A stretch of 64,000 nt of DNA from Escherichia coli (GTDB taxonomy: Bacteria; Pseudomonadota; Gammaproteobacteria; Enterobacterales; Enterobacteriaceae): assembly GCF_044647545.1 (NCBI RefSeq), contig NZ_CP172818.1; one strand, given 5' to 3'. Below, piece by piece: positions 11,939 through 24,089 of the stretch. The stretch's first letter is position 1. Every line of letters begins with the position of its first letter. Made by a program: the position numbers and the translations under genes. The notes below the pieces were generated by a model. It was not told where the DNA came from and ran no database searches. It worked only from the letters and a program-made list of their open reading frames with translations.

Positions 11939-13097
11939 AGTGAAATTAGCCGTACCGACATCCGGTGGCTTTTCCGGGCTGAAATCACTGAATTTGCAGG
12001 TCTTCGTGATGATTGCAGCTATCATCGCAATCATGCTGTTCTTTACCTGGACCACCGATGGTGCCTACTTAAGCGCCCGTAACGTCTCCAACCTGTTACG
12101 CCAAACCGCGATTACCGGCATCCTCGCGGTAGGAATGGTGTTCGTCATAATTTCTGCTGAAATCAACCTTTCCGTCGGCTCAATGATGGGGCTGTTAGGT
12201 GGCGTCGCGGCGATTTGTGACGTCTGGCTAGGCTGGCCTTTGCCACTTACCATCATTGTGACTTTGGTTCTGGGACTGCTTCTCGGTGCCTGGAACGGAT
12301 GGTGGGTCGCGTACCGCAAAGTCCCTTCATTTATTGTCACCCTCGCGGGCATGTTGGCATTTCGCGGCATACTCATTGGCATCACCAACGGCACGACTGT
12401 TTCCCCCACCAGCGCCGCGATGTCACAAATCGGGCAAAGCTATCTACCCGCCAGCACCGGCTTCATCATTGGCGCGCTTGGCTTAATGGCTTTTGTTGGC
12501 TGGCAATGGCGCGGAAGAATGCGCCGTCAGGCTTTGGGTTTGCAGTCTCCGGCTTCTACCGCAGTAGTCGGTCGCCAGGCTTTAACCGCTATCATCGTAT
12601 TAGGCGCAATCTGGCTGTTGAATGATTACCGTGGCGTTCCCACTCCTGTTCTGCTGCTGACGTTGCTGTTACTCGGCGGAATGTTTATGGCAACGCGGAC
12701 GGCATTTGGACGACGCATTTATGCCATCGGCGGCAATCTGGAAGCAGCACGGCTCTCCGGGATTAACGTTGAACGCACCAAACTTGCCGTGTTCGCTATT
12801 AACGGATTAATGGTCGCCATCGCCGGATTAATCCTCAGTTCTCGACTTGGCGCTGGTTCACCTTCTGCGGGGAATATCGCCGAGCTGGACGCAATTGCCG
12901 CATGTGTGATTGGCGGCACCAGTCTGGCAGGCGGCGTCGGGAGCGTGGCTGGAGCGGTAATGGGGGCATTCATCATGGCTTCACTGGATAACGGCATGAG
13001 TATGATGGATGTACCGACCTTCTGGCAGTATATCGTTAAAGGTGCGATTCTGTTGCTGGCAGTATGGATGGACTCCGCAACCAAACGCCGTTCTTGA
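11916..13097 (+). CDS. xylH: D-xylose ABC transporter permease
   Basis: 393-aa polytopic membrane ORF; 23-nt overlap with xylG. Confidence 0.93.
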   Translation: MSKSNPSEVKLAVPTSGGFSGLKSLNLQVFVMIAAIIAIMLFFTWTTDGAYLSARNVSNLLRQTAITGILAVGMVFVIISAEINLSVGSMMGLLGGVAAICDVWLGWPLPLTIIVTLVLGLLLGAWNGWWVAYRKVPSFIVTLAGMLAFRGILIGITNGTTVSPTSAAMSQIGQSYLPASTGFIIGALGLMAFVGWQWRGRMRRQALGLQSPASTAVVGRQALTAIIVLGAIWLLNDYRGVPTPVLLLTLLLLGGMFMATRTAFGRRIYAIGGNLEAARLSGINVERTKLAVFAINGLMVAIAGLILSSRLGAGSPSAGNIAELDAIAACVIGGTSLAGGVGSVAGAVMGAFIMASLDNGMSMMDVPTFWQYIVKGAILLLAVWMDSATKRRS

Positions 13098-13174
13098 TTT
13101 TGATAAAAATTTTCTCAAAGCCGGTAACGTATTACCGGTTTTGAGTTTTTGCATGATTCAGCAGGAAAAGAACC

Positions 13175-14353
13175 ATGTTTACTAAACGTCACCGCATCAC
13201 ATTACTGTTCAATGCCAATAAAGCCTATGACCGGCAGGTAGTAGAAGGCGTAGGGGAATATTTACAGGCGTCACAATCGGAATGGGATATTTTCATTGAA
13301 GAAGATTTCCGCGCCCGCATTGATAAAATCAAGGACTGGTTAGGAGATGGCGTCATTGCCGACTTCGACGACAAACAAATCGAGCAAGCGCTAGCTGATG
13401 TCGACGTCCCCATTGTTGGGGTTGGTGGCTCGTATCACCTTGCCGAAAGTTACCCACCCGTTCATTACATTGCCACCGATAACTATGCGCTGGTTGAAAG
13501 CGCATTTTTGCATTTAAAAGAGAAAGGCGTTAACCGCTTTGCTTTTTATGGTCTTCCGGAATCAAGCGGTAAACGTTGGGCCACTGAACGCGAATATGCA
13601 TTTCGTCAGCTTGTCGCCGAAGAAAAGTATCGCGGAGTGGTTTATCAGGGGTTAGAAACCGCGCCAGAGAACTGGCAACACGCGCAAAATCGGCTGGCAG
13701 ACTGGCTACAAACGCTGCCACCGCAAACCGGGATTATTGCCGTTACTGACGCCCGGGCGCGGCATATTCTGCAAGTATGTGAACATCTACACATTCCCGT
13801 ACCGGAAAAATTATGCGTGATTGGCATCGATAACGAAGAACTGACCCGCTATCTTTCGCGCGTCGCTCTCTCTTCTGTCGCTCAGGGCGCACGGCAAATG
13901 GGCTATCAGGCGGCAAAACTGTTGCATCGATTATTAGATAAAGAAGAAATGCCGCTACAGCGGATTTTGGTCCCACCAGTTCGCGTCATTGAACGGCGCT
14001 CAACAGATTACCGCTCGCTGACCGATCCCGCCGTTATTCAGGCCATGCATTACATTCGTAATCACGCCTGTAAAGGGATTAAAGTGGATCAGGTACTGGA
14101 TGCGGTGGGCATATCACGCTCCAATCTTGAGAAGCGTTTTAAAGAAGAGGTGGGTGAAACCATCCATGCCATGATTCATGCCGAGAAGCTGGAGAAAGCG
14201 CGCAGTCTGCTGATTTCAACCACCTTGTCAATTAACGAGATATCGCAAATGTGCGGTTATCCATCGCTGCAATATTTCTACTCTGTTTTTAAAAAAGCAT
14301 ATGACACAACGCCAAAAGAGTATCGCGATGTAAATAGCGAGGTCATGTTGTAG
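13175..14353 (+). CDS. xylR: Xylose operon transcriptional activator (AraC family, periplasmic-binding-protein-like N-domain)
   Basis: 392-aa ORF ending with AraC-type HTH ...EISQMCGYPSLQYFYSVFKKAYDTTPKEYR. Confidence 0.93.
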   Translation: MFTKRHRITLLFNANKAYDRQVVEGVGEYLQASQSEWDIFIEEDFRARIDKIKDWLGDGVIADFDDKQIEQALADVDVPIVGVGGSYHLAESYPPVHYIATDNYALVESAFLHLKEKGVNRFAFYGLPESSGKRWATEREYAFRQLVAEEKYRGVVYQGLETAPENWQHAQNRLADWLQTLPPQTGIIAVTDARARHILQVCEHLHIPVPEKLCVIGIDNEELTRYLSRVALSSVAQGARQMGYQAAKLLHRLLDKEEMPLQRILVPPVRVIERRSTDYRSLTDPAVIQAMHYIRNHACKGIKVDQVLDAVGISRSNLEKRFKEEVGETIHAMIHAEKLEKARSLLISTTLSINEISQMCGYPSLQYFYSVFKKAYDTTPKEYRDVNSEVML

Positions 14354-14355
14354 CG

Positions 14356-14455
14356 ATGATGAGAATTATCGGCGTCGCATCAGGTAACTCAGCACAACCA
14401 CCTGATACGAGCAAAAGCCTTATCCGCCTGACAAGTCGGATAAGGCTCGAGGAAA
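14356..14455. repeat. REP-like extragenic palindromes between xylR and bax
   Basis: gccttatccgcctgacaagtcggataaggc forms a 10-bp perfect stem; a second imperfect palindrome lies upstream. Confidence 0.5.
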
Positions 14456-14460
14456 TGCAA

Positions 14461-15285
14461 TTACATATGCGCCGCGATTAACCGTTGGTTATCCTGGTAC
14501 ATTGCGAACAGGTAGTTGTTATAACTCTTCCCTTTGGTCGAGTAGCCCTTCAGCTTGTGAATCATCGCTGTGGCAGTCACTTCCTGATCCGCTTTACGCA
14601 GTTGTGCACGCGATTTACGGAACGAAGAGTAAGCCGGGTGCGTATTGAGGTTAGTGACATAGGCGCTCACCGATTCTTTGACAGAACTAAACTGTGAGTA
14701 CCCTTTCACTTTACCCGGCGCATTGGTACAACGTCCTTTCATGCATTTCATGCCGAACAGGTTGTTGTTGTTGCGCGCCAGCTTTGACGTTCCCCAACCG
14801 CTTTCTGCTGCAGCCATCGTCGCCACCATACTGGTAGGGATAATGTCTACGCGTTCAAGCAAGGTATTCCACGGGATTTTTCGCGTATTACCAGACCACT
14901 TCACCTTGTAGCGTTTGGCGATGTCTTTCAGACGCGCACGCTCAGCAGGTGACCATTGGCCCTGATACTGTTTTGAAATCAGCCAGTTACGTTCCGCAGT
15001 AATGGCCGCATTTTGGCTGGTAATGTAAGGCATTACAGTCCGGAGAAACGCCTTTTTCCTTGGTGTTCCGGAAGGGTATTTTCGCAAATCAGGAAGTGAA
15101 CTACTCTTTGCACTATTGCGAGAATACTCTTGTTTACTGCTTACCTGTTTATTACTAGCTTTAGTTAAGTGGGACTTTTGACTCGCTGTTGTTGTGTGCG
15201 TCTTCGCTAACACCTCACTCGAAAACACCAGAGTGAGTAACATAAGAATCATCGCCCCATATCGTCGTATGGGAGTCAAAATCAT
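14461..15285 (-). CDS. bax: Bax protein (putative glucosaminidase-like)
   Basis: 274-aa ORF with N-terminal signal-like segment; position between xylR and malS. Confidence 0.85.
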   Translation of the reverse strand: MILTPIRRYGAMILMLLTLVFSSEVLAKTHTTTASQKSHLTKASNKQVSSKQEYSRNSAKSSSLPDLRKYPSGTPRKKAFLRTVMPYITSQNAAITAERNWLISKQYQGQWSPAERARLKDIAKRYKVKWSGNTRKIPWNTLLERVDIIPTSMVATMAAAESGWGTSKLARNNNNLFGMKCMKGRCTNAPGKVKGYSQFSSVKESVSAYVTNLNTHPAYSSFRKSRAQLRKADQEVTATAMIHKLKGYSTKGKSYNNYLFAMYQDNQRLIAAHM

Positions 15286-15504
15286 CAGGTCTCCTGGTCG
15301 GATTTAATCATTCCAACACCTTATATTTTTTACAAATTTGAGAGTTGAATCTCAAATCATATCAAAAATAGCTGTCAAGAGCACCCCAAGGAATAGTCCA
15401 AATCTGAAACTATGTCACGAGTTAACGATTCAGATTGGCGCTAAATCGCAGAAAATGTGGGGTTTATCGCAAAATTCAGCCGTTTTTTGCGCGCGATCGC
15501 TCAC

Positions 15505-15545
15505 CCTTGCTTCTCATCCTGTGGACTTACCGCTCAGGGATGAGT
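15505..15545 (+). promoter_or_regulatory. Candidate MalT boxes in malS promoter region
   Basis: GGATGA-type hexamers (tcatcc at about 15509 on the other strand, ggatga at about 15538) about 60-100 bp upstream of malS; malS is a MalT-regulon gene. Confidence 0.35.
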
Positions 15546-15604
15546 TTTGTCTGGCTTATCGCTGGCAAACTGTCTGAAATCGCAGCAATAAGGACTCATT
15601 CGCC

Positions 15605-17635
15605 ATGAAACTCGCCGCCTGTTTTCTGACACTCCTTCCTGGCTTCGCCGTTGCCGCCAGCTGGACTTCTCCGGGGTTTCCCACCTTTAGCGAACAGGGG
15701 ACGGGAACATTTGTCAGCCACGCGCAGTTGCCCAAAGGTACGCGTCCACTAACGCTAAATTTTGACCAACAGTGCTGGCAGCCTGCGGATGCGATAAAAC
15801 TCAATCAGATGCTTTCCCTGCAACCTTGTAGCAACACGCCGCCTCAATGGCGATTGTTCAGGGACGGCGAATATACGCTGCAACTAGACACCCGCTCCGG
15901 TACACCAACATTGATGATTTCCATCCAGAACGCCGTCGAACCGGTAGCAAGCCTGGTCCGTGAATGCCCGAAATGGGATGGATTACCGCTCACACTGGAT
16001 GTCAGCGCCACTTTTCCGGAGGGAGCCGCCGTCCGGGATTATTACAGCCAGCAAATTGCGATAGTGAAGAACGGTCAAATAACGTTACAACCCGCTGCCA
16101 CCAGCAACGGTTTACTCCTGCTGGAACGGGCAGAAACTGACGCCTCTGCCCCTTTCGACTGGCATAACGCCACGGTTTACTTTGTGCTGACAGATCGTTT
16201 CGAAAACGGCGATCCCAGTAATGACCAGAGTTACGGACGTCATAAAGACGGTATGGCAGAAATTGGCACTTTTCACGGCGGCGATTTACGCGGCCTGACC
16301 AACAAACTGGATTACCTCCAGCAGCTGGGCGTCAATGCTTTATGGATAAGTGCCCCATTTGAGCAAATTCACGGCTGGGTCGGCGGCGGTACAAAAGGCG
16401 ATTTCCCGCATTATGCCTACCACGGTTATTACACACAGGACTGGACGAATCTTGATGCCAATATGGGCCGCGAAGCCGATCTACGGACACTGGTTGATAG
16501 CGCGCATCAGCGCGGTATTCGTATTCTCTTTGATGTCGTGATGAACCACACCGGTTATGCCACACTGGCGGATATGCAGGAGTATCAGTTTGGCGCGTTA
16601 TATCTTTCTGGTGACGAGCTGAAAAAAACGTTGGGTGAACGCTGGAGCGACTGGAAACCTGCCGCCGGGCAAACCTGGCATAGCTTTAACGATTACATTA
16701 ATTTCAGCGACAAAACAGGCTGGGATAAATGGTGGGGAAAAAACTGGATCAGAACCGATATCGGCGATTACGACAATCCTGGATTCGACGATCTCACTAT
16801 GTCGCTGGCCTTTTTGCCGGATATCAAAACCGAATCAACGACCGCTTCTGGTCTGCCGGTGTTCTATAAAAACAAAACGGATACCCACGCTAAAGTCATC
16901 GACGGCTTTACCCCTCGCGATTACTTAACCCACTGGTTAAGTCAGTGGGTTCGCGACTATGGGATTGATGGTTTTCGGGTCGACACCGCCAAACATGTTG
17001 AGTTGCCCGCCTGGCAGCAACTGAAAACCGAAGCCAGCGCCGCGCTTCGCGAATGGAAAAAAGCTAACTCCGACAAAGCATTAGATGACAAGCCTTTCTG
17101 GATGACCGGTGAAGCCTGGGGCCACGGCGTGATGCAAAGTGACTACTATCGCCACGGCTTCGATGCGATGATCAATTTCGATTATCAGGAGCAGGCGGCG
17201 AAAGCAGTCGATTGTTTTGCGCAGATGGATACGACCTGGCAGCAAATGGCGGAGAAATTGCAGGATTTCAACGTGTTGAGCTACCTCTCGTCGCATGATA
17301 CCCGCCTGTTCCGCGAAGGTGGTAATAAAGCAGCAGAGTTATTGTTATTAGCGCCAGGCGCGGTACAAATCTTTTATGGTGATGAATCCTCGCGTCCGTT
17401 CGGCCCCACCGGTTCGGATCCACTGCAAGGCACGCGTTCGGATATGAACTGGCAGGATGTTAGCGGCAAATCTGCCGCCAGCGTCGCGCACTGGCAGAAA
17501 ATCAGCCAGTTCCGCGCCCGCCATCCCGCAATTGGCGAGGGCAAACAAACGACACTTTCGCTGAAGCAGGGCTACGGCTTTGTTCGTGAGCATGGCGACG
17601 ATAAAGTGCTGGTCATCTGGGCTGGGCAACAGTGA
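15605..17635 (+). CDS. malS: Periplasmic alpha-amylase
   Basis: 676-aa ORF with signal peptide and glycoside hydrolase family 13 motifs (GIRILFDVVMNH, GFRVDTAKH). Confidence 0.95.
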   Translation: MKLAACFLTLLPGFAVAASWTSPGFPTFSEQGTGTFVSHAQLPKGTRPLTLNFDQQCWQPADAIKLNQMLSLQPCSNTPPQWRLFRDGEYTLQLDTRSGTPTLMISIQNAVEPVASLVRECPKWDGLPLTLDVSATFPEGAAVRDYYSQQIAIVKNGQITLQPAATSNGLLLLERAETDASAPFDWHNATVYFVLTDRFENGDPSNDQSYGRHKDGMAEIGTFHGGDLRGLTNKLDYLQQLGVNALWISAPFEQIHGWVGGGTKGDFPHYAYHGYYTQDWTNLDANMGREADLRTLVDSAHQRGIRILFDVVMNHTGYATLADMQEYQFGALYLSGDELKKTLGERWSDWKPAAGQTWHSFNDYINFSDKTGWDKWWGKNWIRTDIGDYDNPGFDDLTMSLAFLPDIKTESTTASGLPVFYKNKTDTHAKVIDGFTPRDYLTHWLSQWVRDYGIDGFRVDTAKHVELPAWQQLKTEASAALREWKKANSDKALDDKPFWMTGEAWGHGVMQSDYYRHGFDAMINFDYQEQAAKAVDCFAQMDTTWQQMAEKLQDFNVLSYLSSHDTRLFREGGNKAAELLLLAPGAVQIFYGDESSRPFGPTGSDPLQGTRSDMNWQDVSGKSAASVAHWQKISQFRARHPAIGEGKQTTLSLKQGYGFVREHGDDKVLVIWAGQQ

Positions 17636-17812
17636 CTTTTCCGGCTTCCCGTTCGTCAGTACCTCGGGAAGCCGCCAACCAGGATAAAATGTCAGCTCTA
17701 ATCAGCGTTGCAGGATAAAGCACTGCTCCCTCTTCAACAGAGCGATTTGCACCCCAGCAAATGTAGCGTTATTGTTACCTTCCTTGCTACAGAGTTCGAC
17801 AGATATCCCGCT

Positions 17813-19066
17813 ATGACATTCTCCCTTTTTGGTGACAAATTTACCCGCCACTCCGGCATTACGCTGCTGATGGAAGATCTGAACGACGGTTTACGCACGC
17901 CTGGCGCGATTATGCTCGGCGGCGGTAATCCAGCGCAGATCCCGGAAATGCAAGACTACTTCCAGACGCTACTGACCGACATGCTGGAAAGTGGCAAAGC
18001 GACTGATGCACTGTGCAATTACGACGGTCCACAGGGGAAAACGGAGCTACTCACACTGCTTGCCGGAATGCTGCGCGAGAAGTTGGGTTGGGATATCGAA
18101 CCACAGAATATTGCACTAACAAACGGCAGCCAGAGCGCGTTTTTCTACTTATTTAATCTGTTTGCCGGACGCCGTGCCGATGGTCGGGTCAAAAAAGTGC
18201 TGTTCCCGCTGGCACCTGAATATATTGGCTACGCTGACGCCGGACTGGAAGAAGATCTGTTTGTCTCTGCGCGTCCGAATATTGAACTGCTGCCGGAAGG
18301 CCAGTTTAAATACCACGTCGATTTTGAGCATCTGCATATTGGCGAAGAAACCGGGATGATTTGCGTCTCCCGGCCGACGAATCCAACAGGCAATGTGATT
18401 ACTGACGAAGAGTTGCTGAAGCTTGACGCGCTGGCGAATCAACACGGCATTCCGCTGGTGATTGATAACGCTTATGGCGTCCCGTTCCCGGGTATCATCT
18501 TCAGCGAAGCGCGCCCGCTGTGGAATCCGAATATTGTACTGTGCATGAGTCTTTCCAAGCTGGGACTACCGGGTTCGCGCTGCGGCATTATCATCGCCAA
18601 TGAAAAAATCATCACCGCAATCACCAACATGAACGGCATTATCAGCCTGGCGCCTGGCGGTATTGGTCCGGCGATAATGTGTGAAATGATTAAGCGTAAC
18701 GATCTGCTGCGCCTGTCTGAAACGGTTATCAAACCGTTTTATTACCAGCGTGTTCAGGAAACTATCGCCATCATTCGCCGCTATTTACCGGAAGATCGCT
18801 GCCTGATTCATAAACCGGAAGGAGCCATTTTCCTCTGGCTATGGTTTAAGGATTTGCCAATTACGACCGAGCAGCTCTACCAGCGCCTGAAAGCACGGGG
18901 CGTGCTGATGGTGCCGGGGCACAACTTCTTCCCAGGGCTGGATAAACCGTGGCCACATACACATCAATGTATGCGCATGAACTACGTGCCGGAGCCGGAT
19001 AAAATTGAGGCGGGGGTGAAGATTCTGGCGGAAGAGATAGAAAGAGCCTGGGCTGAAAGCCATTAA
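17813..19066 (+). CDS. avtA: Valine--pyruvate aminotransferase
   Basis: ORF 17708..19066; start set at MTFSLFGDKFTRHSGI giving 417 aa; aminotransferase class I fold. Confidence 0.9.
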   Translation: MTFSLFGDKFTRHSGITLLMEDLNDGLRTPGAIMLGGGNPAQIPEMQDYFQTLLTDMLESGKATDALCNYDGPQGKTELLTLLAGMLREKLGWDIEPQNIALTNGSQSAFFYLFNLFAGRRADGRVKKVLFPLAPEYIGYADAGLEEDLFVSARPNIELLPEGQFKYHVDFEHLHIGEETGMICVSRPTNPTGNVITDEELLKLDALANQHGIPLVIDNAYGVPFPGIIFSEARPLWNPNIVLCMSLSKLGLPGSRCGIIIANEKIITAITNMNGIISLAPGGIGPAIMCEMIKRNDLLRLSETVIKPFYYQRVQETIAIIRRYLPEDRCLIHKPEGAIFLWLWFKDLPITTEQLYQRLKARGVLMVPGHNFFPGLDKPWPHTHQCMRMNYVPEPDKIEAGVKILAEEIERAWAESH

Positions 19067-19104
19067 TACGCTATTCCGGCGTTGAGAAACGCCGGAAAAA
19101 CGTT

Positions 19105-19584
19105 TCAAACAGGCTGCTGCCGTAGCCGATGCCGCTGCACTTTCTCGACATCCATGCACTGCAACGCCTTTGTCGGGCAGGCTTCAACACAGGCCGGTCC
19201 CGTCGCCCGATGCCAGCACAGATCGCACTTAATCGCCCTCGCATTTTTGCGCGAAGAAACGACCTCCATCGCACCAAACGGGCAAGCCAGCATACAGCTT
19301 TTACAGCCAATGCAACGTGATTGTTCAACGAAAATATGCCCATGTTCGCGGCTTATCGCGTCAACAGGGCACACATTTGCGCACGGTGCATCTTCACACT
19401 GATGACAGGCTACTGCCGTGGTGTAAGTATGATCTTTAATGACACGAATACGCGAAATAAACTCACCGTGTGACAACGCAGCGCAATCCTGATTCTCCTG
19501 ATGCGACACTGCGCAAGCCACTTCACAGGTACGGCAACCGATACATTTCGTCGCATCCGCAATAATAAACCGGTTCATGATCAC
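19105..19584 (-). CDS. ysaA: 4Fe-4S ferredoxin-type protein YsaA
   Basis: 159-aa ORF with four CxxCxxCxxxCP-type cysteine clusters. Confidence 0.8.
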   Translation of the reverse strand: MIMNRFIIADATKCIGCRTCEVACAVSHQENQDCAALSHGEFISRIRVIKDHTYTTAVACHQCEDAPCANVCPVDAISREHGHIFVEQSRCIGCKSCMLACPFGAMEVVSSRKNARAIKCDLCWHRATGPACVEACPTKALQCMDVEKVQRHRLRQQPV

Positions 19585-19679
19585 TCCTTTGCACTAAAAC
19601 AGCAGAGTGCCAGAGAGCGCGTCTCTACTGCTTTGATCCAACGAAGGAAATGTTAAAGTTTTGGCACTTGTCCAAAGCG

Positions 19680-20528
19680 TTATGTGATCGCGCCCTGGTC
19701 GTCCCTGACAGTAAATCCCAGTTCATTAGAAATAGCCTGCGCGGTTTCACGCAGTGGTTTCAGGAGATTTTTCTCCCCCACCTGTTTCAGACGTGATGTC
19801 GAAAGCGAAATCGACACGGCGTACGGCACCCGCCCATGAATATCAAACACCGGAACAGCAATACAGGAGACGCCGAGTTCGTTTTCTTCTCTGTCCATCG
19901 CCGCTCCGCTTTCACGAATGTGCGCCAGTTCGTCGAACATCGCGGGCAGCTCGGTAATGGTATTGCGGGTTAACGGCTGGATCTCATGCTGATGGCTTTC
20001 CCAGTATGACTTCACGTAGTCCGGGTGACCAAACGCCATGTAGATCTTGCCCATTGCGGAACAGTAGAGCGGCATATGCTGGCCAATATAGGCACGGGTT
20101 CGCAGCATCCCGGTTGTGGGTTCCAGCTTATAAATCAAAATAGCGTGATCGTCTTCGCGGCTGGAGAAGTTAATAGTTTCACCAGTGGCGATGTTCAGTG
20201 CCTCAAGATGCGGAGCGGCGATATGAATGATATTCAGCGAAGACAGCGCCTTCTGCCCGACGGCAATAAATTTGGTGGTCAGGCGGTAACTCCCTGCGGC
20301 GGGCGCGGTGGTCACATAGCCGCAGGATTGTAATCCCTGCAATAAGCGATGGACGGTACTCTTATTTAAACCAGCCAGTTCCGAAAGATGCGCCAACGGA
20401 CAACCGTTTGGATAGTTGCTCAAAATCTCAATCAGCATCAACCCGCGAAACAGACTCTGGCTTCCGGCTGGACGCTCTTTTTCCTGCGCCATCTCGTTCT
20501 CTTTTTTTCCCATCACTTCTTTCCCCAT
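19680..20528 (-). CDS. yiaJ: IclR-family transcriptional repressor of the yiaK-sgbE operon
   Basis: 282-aa ORF with IclR-type HTH; divergent from yiaK. Confidence 0.9.
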   Translation of the reverse strand: MGKEVMGKKENEMAQEKERPAGSQSLFRGLMLIEILSNYPNGCPLAHLSELAGLNKSTVHRLLQGLQSCGYVTTAPAAGSYRLTTKFIAVGQKALSSLNIIHIAAPHLEALNIATGETINFSSREDDHAILIYKLEPTTGMLRTRAYIGQHMPLYCSAMGKIYMAFGHPDYVKSYWESHQHEIQPLTRNTITELPAMFDELAHIRESGAAMDREENELGVSCIAVPVFDIHGRVPYAVSISLSTSRLKQVGEKNLLKPLRETAQAISNELGFTVRDDQGAIT

Positions 20529-20728
20529 TTTGTCGCGTCCTGATGGTAGCGCAAAGTGTGCCGTAGTTCACGATCTCGACAGATAATTTATAACCACTTG
20601 ATTCTTAAGTTTTTTGAAATTCGTCAATCCGATTGCTTTGTTAAAAAGTGATCGATATATTTGAAATCAAGTTTCGCATATTGAAATTTTAAGCCAAAAA
20701 AGCGATCAAAAAAACAAGGAAACCTGGG

Positions 20729-21727
20729 ATGAAAGTGACATTTGAGCAGTTAAAAGCAGCCTTTAATCGGGTCTTAATTTCACGCGGCGTTGACAGCGAA
20801 ACGGCTGACGCCTGTGCAGAGATGTTCGCCCGCACCACCGAATCCGGCGTTTATTCTCACGGCGTTAATCGTTTCCCTCGTTTCATTCAACAACTGGAAA
20901 ACGGCGATATCATTCCTGATGCCCAACCCAAACGTATAACCAGCCTCGGCGCAATTGAACAGTGGGACGCTCAGCGTTCGATCGGTAACCTGACAGCGAA
21001 AAAGATGATGGATCGCGCCATTGAACTGGCTGCCGATCACGGTATTGGTCTGGTGGCACTACGTAATGCCAACCACTGGATGCGCGGCGGCAGCTACGGC
21101 TGGCAGGCGGCGGAAAAAGGCTATATTGGCATTTGCTGGACCAACTCCATCGCCGTAATGCCGCCGTGGGGCGCAAAAGAGTGTCGCATCGGCACCAACC
21201 CGCTGATCGTCGCCATTCCTTCTACCCCAATCACCATGGTCGATATGTCGATGTCGATGTTCTCTTACGGCATGTTAGAAGTTAACCGTCTGGCAGGCCG
21301 TCAGCTCCCGGTCGATGGTGGCTTTGATGATGAGGGCAATTTGACCAAAGAACCTGGCGTTATCGAGAAGAATCGCCGCATTTTGCCGATGGGCTACTGG
21401 AAAGGTTCTGGCATGTCGATTGTGCTGGATATGATCGCCACTCTCCTTTCCGACGGCGCATCGGTTGCCGAAGTCACCCAGGACAACAGCGACGAATACG
21501 GCGTTTCGCAAATCTTTATCGCCATCGAAGTGGATAAATTGATCGACGGCCCCACCCGCGATGCCAAGCTGCAACGCATCATGGATTACGTTACTACCGC
21601 TGAACGCGCTGACGAAAACCAGGCCATCCGCTTACCCGGCCACGAATTTACTACCCTGCTGGCCGAAAACCGCCGTAACGGCATCACTGTTGATGACAGC
21701 GTGTGGGCCAAAATCCAGGCGTTATGA
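20729..21727 (+). CDS. yiaK: 2,3-diketo-L-gulonate reductase
   Basis: 332-aa ORF, first gene of the operon. Confidence 0.92.
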   Translation: MKVTFEQLKAAFNRVLISRGVDSETADACAEMFARTTESGVYSHGVNRFPRFIQQLENGDIIPDAQPKRITSLGAIEQWDAQRSIGNLTAKKMMDRAIELAADHGIGLVALRNANHWMRGGSYGWQAAEKGYIGICWTNSIAVMPPWGAKECRIGTNPLIVAIPSTPITMVDMSMSMFSYGMLEVNRLAGRQLPVDGGFDDEGNLTKEPGVIEKNRRILPMGYWKGSGMSIVLDMIATLLSDGASVAEVTQDNSDEYGVSQIFIAIEVDKLIDGPTRDAKLQRIMDYVTTAERADENQAIRLPGHEFTTLLAENRRNGITVDDSVWAKIQAL

Positions 21728-21735
21728 GGAGATAA

Positions 21736-22206
<471 letters not shown>

Positions 22207-22323
22207 TCGAATAATCGTCTACGCCAGAACGCCTGGGTAATGTTATTGCTCTAACTATATTAATAATTTAGGTTGCTGCACATGCAACTTGAATTATGAC
22301 AGACATAGCCTCAAGGAATAGCT

Positions 22324-22797
22324 ATGAAAAAAATACTTGAAGCAATACTGGCGATTAATCTCGCCGTACTTTCCTGTATTGTGTTTATAAACATTATTTT
22401 AAGATATGGTTTTCAGACAAGCATTTTATCTGTAGATGAATTGTCACGTTATTTATTTGTCTGGTTAACATTTATTGGCGCGATTGTGGCTTTTATGGAT
22501 AACGCCCACGTTCAGGTCACCTTTCTGGTGGAGAAACTCTCCCCCGCATGGCAGCGACGAGTCGCTCTGGTTACCCATTCCTTAATCTTATTTATTTGTG
22601 GCGCACTGGCCTGGGGCGCAACGCTAAAAACAATTCAGGACTGGAGCGATTATTCACCGATCCTCGGTTTGCCCATCGGCCTGATGTATGCCGCTTGTCT
22701 GCCCACCAGCCTCGTTATCGCATTCTTTGAACTGCGTCATTTATATCAACTCATCACGCGTAGCAATTCTCTAACGTCGCCACCGCAAGGAGCTTAA
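22324..22797 (+). CDS. yiaM: TRAP transporter small permease (2,3-diketo-L-gulonate)
   Basis: 157-aa four-helix membrane ORF directly upstream of the large permease. Confidence 0.9.
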
Positions 22798-22799
22798 TC

Positions 22800-24077
22800 A
22801 TGGCTGTGCTGATTTTTCTGGGCTGTCTGTTGGGTGGTATTGCTATCGGTTTGCCTATTGCCTGGGCACTGTTGTTGTGCGGGGCGGCGTTAATGTTCTG
22901 GCTGGGCATGTTTGATGTCCAGATCATGGCACAAACGCTGGTGAACGGAGCCGACAGCTTCTCCCTGCTGGCGATTCCGTTCTTTGTGCTGGCGGGTGAA
23001 ATCATGAATGCGGGCGGCTTGTCAAAACGCATTGTTGACCTGCCGATGAAACTGGTGGGGCATAAACCAGGCGGGCTGGGCTACGTCGGCGTGCTGGCGG
23101 CTATGATTATGGCGAGCCTTTCTGGTTCTGCTGTTGCGGATACCGCCGCCGTTGCCGCGCTATTAGTGCCGATGATGCGCAGCGCTAACTACCCGGTCAA
23201 CCGTGCTGCGGGGCTGATTGCCTCTGGCGGCATTATCGCGCCAATTATTCCCCCTTCCATTCCGTTTATTATCTTCGGCGTTTCCAGCGGATTATCCATC
23301 AGCAAGCTGTTTATGGCGGGTGTTGCCCCAGGCATTATGATGGGCGCAACGCTGATGCTCACATGGTGGTGGCAGGCCAGTCGTCTTAATTTACCCCGTC
23401 AGCAAAAAGCAACGAAACGAGAAATCTGGCACTCTTTTGTTTCCGGTATCTGGGCGCTATTTCTTCCGGTCATTATTATTGGCGGCTTTCGCTCCGGTCT
23501 GTTTACCCCTACCGAAGCCGGGGCCGTTGCTGCTTTCTATGCGCTGTTTGTCGCCACAGTTATTTACCGTGAAATGACCTTCGCCACACTTTGGCATGTA
23601 CTCATTGGCGCGGCGAAAACCACCTCAGTGGTAATGTTTCTGGTGGCCTCGGCACAAGTTTCTGCCTGGCTGATTACCATTGCTGAACTGCCGATGATGG
23701 TTTCTGATTTACTGCAACCGTTGGTCGATTCACCGCGTCTGCTGTTTATCGTTATTATGCTGGCTATCCTGATTGTCGGCATGGTCATGGATTTAACGCC
23801 GACGGTGTTAATTCTTACTCCGGTATTAATGCCTTTAGTTAAAGAGGCAGGAATCGATCCGATTTATTTCGGTGTCATGTTTATCATTAACTGCTCAATC
23901 GGCTTAATTACACCGCCTATCGGTAATGTGCTTAACGTTATTTCAGGGGTGGCAAAACTCAAATTCGATGATGCAGTCAGAGGCGTTTTCCCTTACGTCC
24001 TGGTTTTATATTCATTATTAGTCGTATTTGTTTTTATTCCCGATCTCATCATCCTCCCTTTGAAATGGATTAATTAA
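22800..24077 (+). CDS. yiaN: TRAP transporter large permease
   Basis: 425-aa polytopic membrane ORF; 2-bp spacer after yiaM. Confidence 0.92.
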   Translation: MAVLIFLGCLLGGIAIGLPIAWALLLCGAALMFWLGMFDVQIMAQTLVNGADSFSLLAIPFFVLAGEIMNAGGLSKRIVDLPMKLVGHKPGGLGYVGVLAAMIMASLSGSAVADTAAVAALLVPMMRSANYPVNRAAGLIASGGIIAPIIPPSIPFIIFGVSSGLSISKLFMAGVAPGIMMGATLMLTWWWQASRLNLPRQQKATKREIWHSFVSGIWALFLPVIIIGGFRSGLFTPTEAGAVAAFYALFVATVIYREMTFATLWHVLIGAAKTTSVVMFLVASAQVSAWLITIAELPMMVSDLLQPLVDSPRLLFIVIMLAILIVGMVMDLTPTVLILTPVLMPLVKEAGIDPIYFGVMFIINCSIGLITPPIGNVLNVISGVAKLKFDDAVRGVFPYVLVLYSLLVVFVFIPDLIILPLKWIN

Positions 24078-24089
24078 AAGGAAAATATT